DNA from: Candidatus Saccharimonadota bacterium
GTDB lineage: Bacteria; Patescibacteriota; Saccharimonadia; Saccharimonadales; AWTP1-31
Assembly (NCBI GenBank): GCA_026395435.1
Contig: JAPLYT010000003.1
Coordinates: 135,328 to 199,327, forward strand
Direction of reading: 5' to 3'
Length of the DNA: 64,000 nt
Positions 38,355-46,421 of this stretch are shown here, one piece after another (the first letter of the stretch is position 1; every line of letters begins with the position of its first letter). The notes below the pieces were generated by a model. It was not told the DNA's origin and did no database searches. It worked only from the letters and a program-made list of their open reading frames with translations. The translations under genes and the position numbers were made by a program.

Positions 38355-39048
38355 TTCAGCAAAGGGAATACTATTTTGGAACACACTGTATAGAGCTTCC
38401 CCAGCCGAGCAGTACAAACATATTCGAACAATGGAACAATCCATGACTGCTCAGGGTATCGGTAAGATTCTGCTGTGTCTGTCGGAGGCAACATCAGGTG
38501 TCGATGGCCTAGTAGAGTTATTGGATCGGAATGGATACGACACCGCATATCGTCCAACAAGCACCCTCAATAATGGACTGACGGAGGGGCTGTGTATTGC
38601 TTCCCGTGATCAGGTAGATAAACCGGTCGCTTTTCATGATCTTGGGACTCGACGGGCTATCGCCAATACCAAGACCCGGTGGTTGGCGGAGGTGGAATTT
38701 GAAGGAGTATCCGTACTTTCAACCCACGCCTCATATCCAACGCCCGGGAAACAGGAACGAGCAGTAATATCACAGCGACTTGACCAGTTACAGTCGGAAA
38801 AATCAAGTGGCATTGTTATCGGTGGTGACTTTAACACGCTCATAGCAAAGCGGTCGTTTATTGACACTGTCGAAGCATCAGGCGTTACCAAAATCGGGGA
38901 TGGTGTATCCACGTTCCCGTTAGTAGGGCGTTTTGGATTGGAAATAGATCACGTTTTTGTTAGTCCTGATCTTTTGCAGGCCTCTACTCTCGAAGTCGCA
39001 AACGCCGGGCCGTCAAATCATCGACCGTTAACCCTATCAGTAAAGTGA
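38338..39048 (+). CDS. endonuclease/exonuclease/phosphatase (EEP) family protein
   Basis: GGDFN and C-terminal SNHRPL motifs; start uncertain (ATG 38338 or GTG 38347), so that the overlap with the previous gene is minimal. Confidence 0.6.
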   Translation: MDSVDNSAKGILFWNTLYRASPAEQYKHIRTMEQSMTAQGIGKILLCLSEATSGVDGLVELLDRNGYDTAYRPTSTLNNGLTEGLCIASRDQVDKPVAFHDLGTRRAIANTKTRWLAEVEFEGVSVLSTHASYPTPGKQERAVISQRLDQLQSEKSSGIVIGGDFNTLIAKRSFIDTVEASGVTKIGDGVSTFPLVGRFGLEIDHVFVSPDLLQASTLEVANAGPSNHRPLTLSVK

Positions 39049-39113
39049 TTCTTTGGAATATTGACAAATTAGCTTAAGCGTGATAATATATACTTGTAAT
39101 TTTAAAAACAAAT

Positions 39114-39671
39114 ATGTCTCAATCACCTCAAATCAACGAAGAAATACCTGTTAGCCATGCGGTGCCTCAACTAGAGAATACAATCGAAGGTGAGGCTGTT
39201 GTGATGCCCCAAGACACCGTAGAGTCATTTATGACCTCTAAGGGCTCCGTCTACACCTATGATAGTGAAGGCCATACAACAAGACTCAAAGCTGCTACAG
39301 GTGAACTTCAGCCCGAACAAGGCATAACGGTATTTGTTGAAGCAGGGGTGAAAGATGTGCCTCGTGTAGCGGCAGCATATCTCCTAAGAAGTTCAACAAA
39401 TAACACTCGGATAGAAGTTGTTGAGACCCAAGAAGACGAGACAATTAAAATTATAAACGATGTTACAGAAGTAAGTTCACCTGATCGACTACTCGTAGCA
39501 ACGCTTAGTGACGGTAAAGTTGTTAAAAGTAGACCCGCAAGCCTGTTCCCGGTTATCGGTACATACCCGTTTGATTCCCGTACGTTTGAAGAGGATGGTG
39601 AAGTCAAGACAGAACGTCATATTGGTCACCGAGTCACATCGATACAGCACAAAACCACCGACGCCAAATAA
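39114..39671 (+). CDS. hypothetical protein
   Basis: 185-aa ORF, acidic, no motif recognised. Confidence 0.4.
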   Translation: MSQSPQINEEIPVSHAVPQLENTIEGEAVVMPQDTVESFMTSKGSVYTYDSEGHTTRLKAATGELQPEQGITVFVEAGVKDVPRVAAAYLLRSSTNNTRIEVVETQEDETIKIINDVTEVSSPDRLLVATLSDGKVVKSRPASLFPVIGTYPFDSRTFEEDGEVKTERHIGHRVTSIQHKTTDAK

Positions 39672-39706
39672 GTAGATGTGTCAGAAAGTTATTTCTGGCT
39701 CATCTG

Positions 39707-39735
39707 TTGCAATAATGTATTCAATCTGTTAATAT
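39707..39735 (+). promoter_or_regulatory. sigma-70-type promoter TTGCAA-17-TAATAT upstream of rpsO
   Basis: Read directly. Confidence 0.5.
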
Positions 39736-39791
39736 GTAGCTAACGCCATCAATCTTATTAACCAAGTATCTATCAGAATTAAAGGAAACGA

Positions 39792-40070
39792 ATGATTACA
39801 ACCGACAAGAAGCAAGCGATTATCACTGATCTACAAAAAGCTAAGAACGACAACGGCAGCAGCGCTGTTCAAGTTGGAATCTTAACTGCTCGTATCAAGG
39901 AACTTACCGAACACCTTAAGATCAACAAAAAAGACTTCATGGCTCGCCGTGGACTCTTGCAGATGGTAGGGAACCGAAAACGACACCTTAAGTACATCGC
40001 CGACCACAATAGCCAAGAATATTTGGAACTTATCCAGAAGCTTGGAATTCGTCAGTCAAAAGGCAACTAA
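39792..40070 (+). CDS. rpsO: 30S ribosomal protein S15
   Basis: 92 aa; GSSAVQVGILTARIKELTEHLKINKKDFMARRGLLQMVGNRKRHLKY typical of S15. Confidence 0.9.
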   Translation: MITTDKKQAIITDLQKAKNDNGSSAVQVGILTARIKELTEHLKINKKDFMARRGLLQMVGNRKRHLKYIADHNSQEYLELIQKLGIRQSKGN

Positions 40071-40085
40071 TTTGCTCAAACTATA

Positions 40086-40105
40086 CTGTCCTCACCTGAG
40101 GACAG
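40086..40105 (+). terminator. perfect 9-bp stem / 2-nt loop hairpin (ctgtcctca cc tgaggacag) between rpsO and pnp; attenuator/processing hairpin
   Basis: Read directly; no T-run follows, consistent with partial termination or an RNase III site as in rpsO-pnp operons. Confidence 0.45.
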
Positions 40106-40239
40106 GAGCTTGTGCACATTAAAACATAAAACTCTTTCGTCGTAGAGACACAGATATACCATCACAACGTCGCCTCGCACAAGCATAGGGCTACAGAAGT
40201 GTATATTTGCACCCTGCGACGAACAGAAAGGACATTCTC

Positions 40240-42378
40240 TTGGGAACAACAGTAAACCCGTTCGGAAAAGACATCGTAAAAGTAGAGACCCAGTTTTGTG
40301 GTCGAACTCTCAGTCTCGAGGTTAACCGCATTGGATTCCGAACCAGTGCCAGCGTGCTTGTTCTTTATGGCGACACCGTCGTTATGGGAACAGCAATGGT
40401 CGGCCAAAAGCCAGTGCCAATGGATTATTTCCCGCTCAGCATCGATTACGAAGAAAAAATGTACGCTGCTGGTAAGATCAGTGGTTCACGCTTCATCAAG
40501 CGAGAAGGTCGCCCAAGTGAAGACGCGATTTTGATCGGCCGTCTCATCGACCGCCCAATTCGTCCATTATGGCCAAAAGGCTACCGTCACGAAGTACAGT
40601 GCGTCTCTACAGTTCTCAGCATGGACCCAGATTTCCGTCCTGATATGATTGCTATGATCGCCGCTAGTACGGCGCTTATGCTTACCGGTGCGCCATTCGA
40701 AGGTCCTGTAGCCGGCGTGCGTGTTGGGATTGTCGACGATAAGCTTAAAGCTTTTGCTACTGCAGCTGAGCTCGATGGAGGTCTGCTTGACCTCGTGGCT
40801 GCTGGTAACGAAAACGCCATCATGATGGTAGAAGCCGGAGCTAGTGAAGTCAGTGAAGAAAAGGTCATCGAAGCATTGGCATTTGCCCAAGAAGCAATTC
40901 AGCCTGCTATCCAGCTCCAAAAAGAACTCGTCAAAAAAGTCGGCGTTAAACCTCAAGAATACGTCCTGAGTCTTCCAAGCGAAGATATCCAAAAACAAGT
41001 AGATGACTATCTCAAAGATAAAATGGGCAAGAATATTCGCACCAATTATCCTGATCGTCACGAAAAAATGCATGCAATTCGCGAAGAAATGCTAGCTCAT
41101 TTTGAAGACAAAGTCAGTGATGCCTGGGAAGGCGCAAAACGAGATTATGAAGAAGCTTTTGCCAGCGCCGCCAACAAAGATGTCCGAAAAGGCATTCTTG
41201 AAGATGGTTCTCGACCAGACGGCCGTGAATTCACTGAAGTTCGAACTATTAGCCACGAAGTTGGTTTCTTGCCTCGAGCCCACGGTTCAGCTTTGTTTAC
41301 TCGAGGCATGACGCAGGGTATGAACATCGTCACCCTCGCACCACTTAGCTACGCGCAGATGATCGACACTATGGAGCGAGAGGGCGAGAAGCGCTACATG
41401 CACCACTTTAATGCTCCTGGTTACACAGTGGGCGAAATCAAGCGTCTTGGATCTCCAGGCCGCCGAGAAATCGGTCACAGTGCACTCGCCGAGCGAGCAC
41501 TGGCTGCCGTTATCCCATCCGATTCAGACTTCCCATACACCATTCGTGCTGTTACCGAAATCATGAGCCAACACGGAAGCACCAGTATGGCTGCTACCTG
41601 TAGCTCCACACTAGCTCTACTCGACGCCGGTGTGCCACTTATTCGACCAGTCAGCGGTATCGCTATGGGACTCGTTATGGGTGACGACGGTAAAGTTGTT
41701 ATCCTGACAGATATCGCTGATGCCGAAGATTTCGCTGGTGACATGGACTTTAAGGTCACGGGAACTACTAAGGGGATCACTGCACTCCAAATGGATATGA
41801 AGGTCCACGGACTAGATATCAAGATCTTGGCTCAAGCGCTTGAGCAAGGGAAGACTGGCCGAGCATTCATCTTAGAGAGCATGATGCAGACTATCTCTAA
41901 GGCACGACCAGAACTCAGTCCATACGCACCACGCGTTGAATCAATCAAGATCAACCCCGATAAAATCCGCGAAGTTATCGGTAAGGGTGGCGAGATGATT
42001 CAGAAGATTACTGGTGAGACCGGTGCAGAAATCGACATCAAGGACGATGGAACGGTCATGATTGCCAGCCCTGATGGCGAAAGCATCAAAGCAGCTCGCG
42101 AGTGGATCATGAGCATTGTGGCCGAACCAGAAGTTGGCAAAATCTACCATGACGTACCTGTTATGACGGTTATGGACTTCGGTGCATTCGTTCAGATCAT
42201 GCCAGGAAAAGATGGACTTGTTCACGTCAGTGAAATGTCTGAGGAACGCGTCAACAGCCCAAGCGATGTCGTCAAAGAAGGTGATAGAGTGACCGTCAAA
42301 CTAGTAGCTATCGACGATCGTGGCCGTCTGCAATTGAGCATGAAAGCCGCAGCTCGCGAATTAAAAGATAAAAAATAG
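40240..42378 (+). CDS. pnp: polyribonucleotide nucleotidyltransferase (PNPase)
   Basis: Two RNase PH domains, KH and S1 domains (GGEMIQKITGETGAEIDI, ...GKDGLVHVSEM); TTG at 40240 with AAAGGA 7 nt upstream preferred over the track start at 40207. Confidence 0.9.
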   Translation: MGTTVNPFGKDIVKVETQFCGRTLSLEVNRIGFRTSASVLVLYGDTVVMGTAMVGQKPVPMDYFPLSIDYEEKMYAAGKISGSRFIKREGRPSEDAILIGRLIDRPIRPLWPKGYRHEVQCVSTVLSMDPDFRPDMIAMIAASTALMLTGAPFEGPVAGVRVGIVDDKLKAFATAAELDGGLLDLVAAGNENAIMMVEAGASEVSEEKVIEALAFAQEAIQPAIQLQKELVKKVGVKPQEYVLSLPSEDIQKQVDDYLKDKMGKNIRTNYPDRHEKMHAIREEMLAHFEDKVSDAWEGAKRDYEEAFASAANKDVRKGILEDGSRPDGREFTEVRTISHEVGFLPRAHGSALFTRGMTQGMNIVTLAPLSYAQMIDTMEREGEKRYMHHFNAPGYTVGEIKRLGSPGRREIGHSALAERALAAVIPSDSDFPYTIRAVTEIMSQHGSTSMAATCSSTLALLDAGVPLIRPVSGIAMGLVMGDDGKVVILTDIADAEDFAGDMDFKVTGTTKGITALQMDMKVHGLDIKILAQALEQGKTGRAFILESMMQTISKARPELSPYAPRVESIKINPDKIREVIGKGGEMIQKITGETGAEIDIKDDGTVMIASPDGESIKAAREWIMSIVAEPEVGKIYHDVPVMTVMDFGAFVQIMPGKDGLVHVSEMSEERVNSPSDVVKEGDRVTVKLVAIDDRGRLQLSMKAAARELKDKK

Positions 42379-42389
42379 AAGGTACTCTC

Positions 42390-42593
42390 GTGTCAAAGCA
42401 AGAACACATATCATTTTTCTCATCAAGATTCGGTAAGCTCATCGTTGGCGTGCTTAGTCTCGTAGGAGCATTCCTAATGTTCCTACGGGCTACCGACACT
42501 GGAAGTTTGCAACAATATGCCATGCTACTCGTTCTCATAGCAGTAGGGATTAATAGATTATTGTCAGCAATTAGGGCTCAAATACGAGTGTGA
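42390..42593 (+). CDS. small membrane protein (2 TM), hypothetical
   Basis: 67 aa, GTG start, hydrophobic. Confidence 0.3.
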   Translation: MSKQEHISFFSSRFGKLIVGVLSLVGAFLMFLRATDTGSLQQYAMLLVLIAVGINRLLSAIRAQIRV

Positions 42594-43168
42594 ACAAACA
42601 ATTGCTCCTTGATCAGATCAAGGCAGATATCCTCGACCGGAATATCTGTCCAGATTTGGCCAAGCAAGCCAATCAGCTGGTGTTCGGCACCGGCGACCTC
42701 GATGCAAAAGTCGTCTTTATCGGCGAAGCACCAGGGAAGAACGAAGACCTAACGGGCGAGCCATTCGTAGGAGCCAGTGGAAAGTTCCTCGACGAGATGC
42801 TGGAATCAGTCGGTCTCGCTAGAACGAACATTTACATAACGAATATCGTCAAATATCGTCCTCCCAAGAACCGAGACCCGTCCCGGGAAGAGAAGGAGGC
42901 CTTTATGCCATTTCTGTATGCCCAGTTGGCTGCAATTGCGCCGAGTGTTGTAGTGACTCTTGGTCGCCACAGTACCAATTGCTTCCTACCGGGTTTACAG
43001 ATCAGTGCCATTCATGGCCAGACCCAAAAAATATCAGTAGAAGTTAAGAGCAAACAGTATACTTGGACAATACTTCCTCTATACCATCCAGCAGCAGCCT
43101 TATATAACGGTAAGCTGAGACAGACATTGCTCAAAGACTTCAAAATAATTAAACAGATTACAAAGTAA
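42590..43168 (+). CDS. uracil-DNA glycosylase, family 4 (UdgA-type)
   Basis: 192 aa; GEAPG motif, FVGASGKFLDEML, HPAAALYN C-terminal motif; GTG start overlapping the previous stop. Confidence 0.75.
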   Translation: MNKQLLLDQIKADILDRNICPDLAKQANQLVFGTGDLDAKVVFIGEAPGKNEDLTGEPFVGASGKFLDEMLESVGLARTNIYITNIVKYRPPKNRDPSREEKEAFMPFLYAQLAAIAPSVVVTLGRHSTNCFLPGLQISAIHGQTQKISVEVKSKQYTWTILPLYHPAAALYNGKLRQTLLKDFKIIKQITK

Positions 43169-43194
43169 CTCTTATAAACTAAGAAAGAAGGATT

Positions 43195-45360
43195 ATGAAT
43201 CCAAACAATCAACCAAACCAAAACAGTGGACAGCCGAATACCAATTCGCGTCCACCACAAAACCCGCGACCAAACCGACAAGGTCCAGGTCGCAACCAAA
43301 ATAACAAAAACAGTAACCGACGGCCAAGCTCCAACCCATCTCAGCCTGCACACGCTGGACGTAGTGTATCTCGGGGTGCAGCAATGCGCGCTCAGAAACG
43401 AAATCAAGAAGATGCCACCCGGATTGCCAGCCAACACCTTGACGCCAGTAGCAAGAACCAGCAAACTCGTCGAGCTAACTTTGTCGATGACACGCCGCGA
43501 CTTAGTATCGTCGGTCTCGGCGGCATGGACGGCGGTGGTTCCAAGAATACCATCCTCGTTGAATACTTAAATGATGCCGTCATTATGGACTGTGGTAACG
43601 ACCTCGGAGTAGACCTTCCTGGTATTAACTACGGTATCGTCGACACCACTTACCTCGAATCAATCAAGCATAAATTACGTGCATACATTATTACGCACGG
43701 TCACCTTGACCATATTGGCGGCTTGCCTCATATCGTGCCACGATTCCCAGCGCCTATTTACGGAAGTAAATTTACCATCGGTCGCGTAGAAGAAATTTTC
43801 GGAAACTTTGGCCTGCCAATGCCCGATGGTTTCGAACTACAAACCGTCATGATGAACGAAGACACCCACGAACGACTTAAGATCGGAAACTTTTTCGTCG
43901 AGCTCGTCCGCGTGACGCACTCCATACCTGGATCTACCTGTATCGTTCTTGATACTCCCGTCGGACGATTGATCAACACTGGAGATTTCCGGTTTGACCC
44001 TAACCCACTCGACCACGAGAAAACCGATATGGAACGCCTTAAGCAACTTGGTGATGAAGGAGTACTCGCGCTTTTAAGCGAAAGTACCACTACCGATCGA
44101 CCAGGTTGGACTCCGAGTGAAAGTACCATCGAAGACAGCATCTCAGACATTATGGCTAACGCACCTGGACGTGTGTTTGTCGGTCTTTTCTCAACCAACA
44201 TGAACCGTGTGCAGATGATCATCAATGCTGCCGTCAGCCACAATCGTAAAGTTGCGATGGATGGACGAAGCATGGTCAGTACACTCGAAATGGCTGTTCG
44301 TCATGGATTCGTGCGAATTCCAAAAGGTACGTTTGTACCGATTGCGTCTGCCGGAACTATGAATGACCAAGACCTCGTCGTTGTCTGTACTGGTTCTCAG
44401 GGTGAGCCTAGCTCTGCGCTTCAGCGCATGAGTAGCGGTGATCACCGACACGTGAAACTCAAAGAACAAGACACGGTTATTCTATCGTCATCTCCAATTC
44501 CATACTCAGGTAACGACGCCAAGATTCGATCAATGGTCGATGACTTCATGAAAAAAGGTGTTCACATCTTCCAACACATCACTCGTGATATCGACCAGCA
44601 TGGTCCATTGCACGTTTCAGGACATGCCAGCGTCGATGAATATGCCGAAATGATTAACGTCACTAAGCCAAAATTCTTTGTGCCGATTTACGGTGACTAT
44701 ACTGCCAAGAAGCGACACATCGACATCGCTATCGATAATGGGATCCCCAGGAAGAACACCATCAATGCAGATAACGGTGAGATCATCGCCTTCACAAGCG
44801 ATACTATGGAACCAGCCGGCACCGTCCCTCATGGAACGGTCCTCGTTGACCAAACCGGTGCTATCGTCAGCAACATCGTGGTCAAAGACCGCCTAATGCT
44901 TGCCGAAGAAGGTCTTGTTGCCGTAGTTCTCACCGTCGACAAACGAACCGGTCAGCTTGCTACCAGCCCCGATATAATTAGTCGTGGTTTCATCTACATG
45001 CGAGACAACGAAGATCTCATGAACGAATTCCGCACCGAACTTCGTCGAGCTGTAGGGCAGCGGTTCCGCCGCGTCGATCTCGACAGGTTCAAACAAGAAC
45101 TTCGTGAGCATGTCACTCACTTCCTCTTTGAACATACCCAGCGTAGTCCAATTGTCATTCCAGTAGTGAACGTTATTGGCGGTAGTAAGCCAGACGGAAA
45201 TGGCACCGCCCAAAAGAATAATGGCAATCAACGCTCGCAACAGCAAGCGCCGCAACCAGTAGAAGTGCCGCCAACTCCAGAAGAGCAGGCCGAAGATGTG
45301 CAGAAGCGATTTAAAGAGATGCGAGCGAAACTACTTAACCAAGACGCACGCACCGACTAA
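43195..45360 (+). CDS. rnj: ribonuclease J with low-complexity N- and C-terminal extensions
   Basis: Metallo-beta-lactamase HGHLDHIGG, beta-CASP and C-terminal domain; about 100 aa N/Q/P/R-rich N-terminal tail and Q/P-rich C-terminal tail. Confidence 0.85.
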   Translation: MNPNNQPNQNSGQPNTNSRPPQNPRPNRQGPGRNQNNKNSNRRPSSNPSQPAHAGRSVSRGAAMRAQKRNQEDATRIASQHLDASSKNQQTRRANFVDDTPRLSIVGLGGMDGGGSKNTILVEYLNDAVIMDCGNDLGVDLPGINYGIVDTTYLESIKHKLRAYIITHGHLDHIGGLPHIVPRFPAPIYGSKFTIGRVEEIFGNFGLPMPDGFELQTVMMNEDTHERLKIGNFFVELVRVTHSIPGSTCIVLDTPVGRLINTGDFRFDPNPLDHEKTDMERLKQLGDEGVLALLSESTTTDRPGWTPSESTIEDSISDIMANAPGRVFVGLFSTNMNRVQMIINAAVSHNRKVAMDGRSMVSTLEMAVRHGFVRIPKGTFVPIASAGTMNDQDLVVVCTGSQGEPSSALQRMSSGDHRHVKLKEQDTVILSSSPIPYSGNDAKIRSMVDDFMKKGVHIFQHITRDIDQHGPLHVSGHASVDEYAEMINVTKPKFFVPIYGDYTAKKRHIDIAIDNGIPRKNTINADNGEIIAFTSDTMEPAGTVPHGTVLVDQTGAIVSNIVVKDRLMLAEEGLVAVVLTVDKRTGQLATSPDIISRGFIYMRDNEDLMNEFRTELRRAVGQRFRRVDLDRFKQELREHVTHFLFEHTQRSPIVIPVVNVIGGSKPDGNGTAQKNNGNQRSQQQAPQPVEVPPTPEEQAEDVQKRFKEMRAKLLNQDARTD

Positions 45361-45504
45361 ATCTCGCATCCAGACTTGGTAAATTACTTCGTCAATATAC
45401 GTATCTGATCTTGGTCGCAGTATTATTTAGACAGCTTCCTCGATCATCTACTATTTCCTCGTACTTCACTCAAGCCTGAACCCGAGAAAATATGCTTATT
45501 TGCA

Positions 45505-45533
45505 TTGACAAGATACCAAATATAGGTTATATT
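45505..45533 (+). promoter_or_regulatory. consensus sigma-70 promoter TTGACA-17-TATATT, 8 nt before the ATG of the 45542 gene (leaderless or near-leaderless transcript)
   Basis: Read directly. Confidence 0.6.
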
Positions 45534-45541
45534 ATTGCATT

Positions 45542-46096
45542 ATGTCTGAATTTTTATCGTCTGCATGTGAGTATGCCGAGAACCCAAATCGTTTAGCCAC
45601 CGAAGCAGAACGTGACTTCTTGCACGGTACTATGCTGCAAGTCGCTCAATCTTATGAGGTAGATATGAATTCCGGCCTCGATGTCCGCGAAACACTCTAT
45701 ACGGGATCAGATGAAACGATCACATATCGAAAAGAAAGCCATGTCTATGATCATAAAAGCCATGGAAAATCTAATGATTTTGCTTCGTATTCAATCACTT
45801 ACAAGGGACCTTTAGAAAAAATACCCGAATCGAACAAGGCAAGCCAACGCGTTCTTCAGTGGGCAGTAATTGGCGATGCATTTGGATTTGGTCAGGTGTA
45901 TTCAGTTTTTGACGAGGATATCATACTTGAAGGTCATAAGCAGGTTAATCCTGGCTATTGTCAGGTTCCAGGATACGAACTTGGGCCAAACGAATCTGCC
46001 GCTTTCGATCAGATTATTGGAATGCAACAGGGGACATATGAACAATATTCTATTATCCAGCAAGCTGCAGAGCGTTTGATCGAAGCTCGTCGCTAA
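45542..46096 (+). CDS. hypothetical protein
   Basis: 184-aa ORF; no motif recognised. Confidence 0.45.
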   Translation: MSEFLSSACEYAENPNRLATEAERDFLHGTMLQVAQSYEVDMNSGLDVRETLYTGSDETITYRKESHVYDHKSHGKSNDFASYSITYKGPLEKIPESNKASQRVLQWAVIGDAFGFGQVYSVFDEDIILEGHKQVNPGYCQVPGYELGPNESAAFDQIIGMQQGTYEQYSIIQQAAERLIEARR

Positions 46097-46146
46097 ATAC
46101 CATAAACAATATTGACAATCGTTGTATTTTTTGCTATAGTATAGCT

Positions 46147-46392
46147 ATGAATGATTCATCAAAACCAAGACTTATCAGCGAATCTTTTCCTAACATAATC
46201 GGTGCTCCCGATCCTGCCCGAAAGGAAGCATCCAGGGAAAGAGATTTATCAAGTGAACTTGCAGGACTCACAGAGCAAATACATGATGCTGCTAAGCAAG
46301 AGCACGAAGGTCAACACCTTGATCCAGCGGCAATTGATCTACTAAAAGCTGCCCATCTTGCTGCGAAAGCAGAACAACAGGGCAGACAATAA
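46147..46392 (+). CDS. small hypothetical protein
   Basis: 81-aa ORF, charged/helical. Confidence 0.3.
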   Translation: MNDSSKPRLISESFPNIIGAPDPARKEASRERDLSSELAGLTEQIHDAAKQEHEGQHLDPAAIDLLKAAHLAAKAEQQGRQ

Positions 46393-46421
46393 GCGCAGCG
46401 GTGTTATAATAAACAAACAAT

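Noticed and set aside
40567-41073. 168-aa minus-strand ORF, plus other 60-115-aa ORFs between 40587 and 42225
   Set aside because: They are antisense within pnp.
43226-43570. 114-aa alternative-frame ORF at the start of rnj
   Set aside because: It is out of frame with the RNase J low-complexity N-terminus and continues into the conserved core out of frame; it is spurious.
43758-44273. 171-aa minus-strand ORF
   Set aside because: It is antisense within the rnj beta-lactamase/beta-CASP region.
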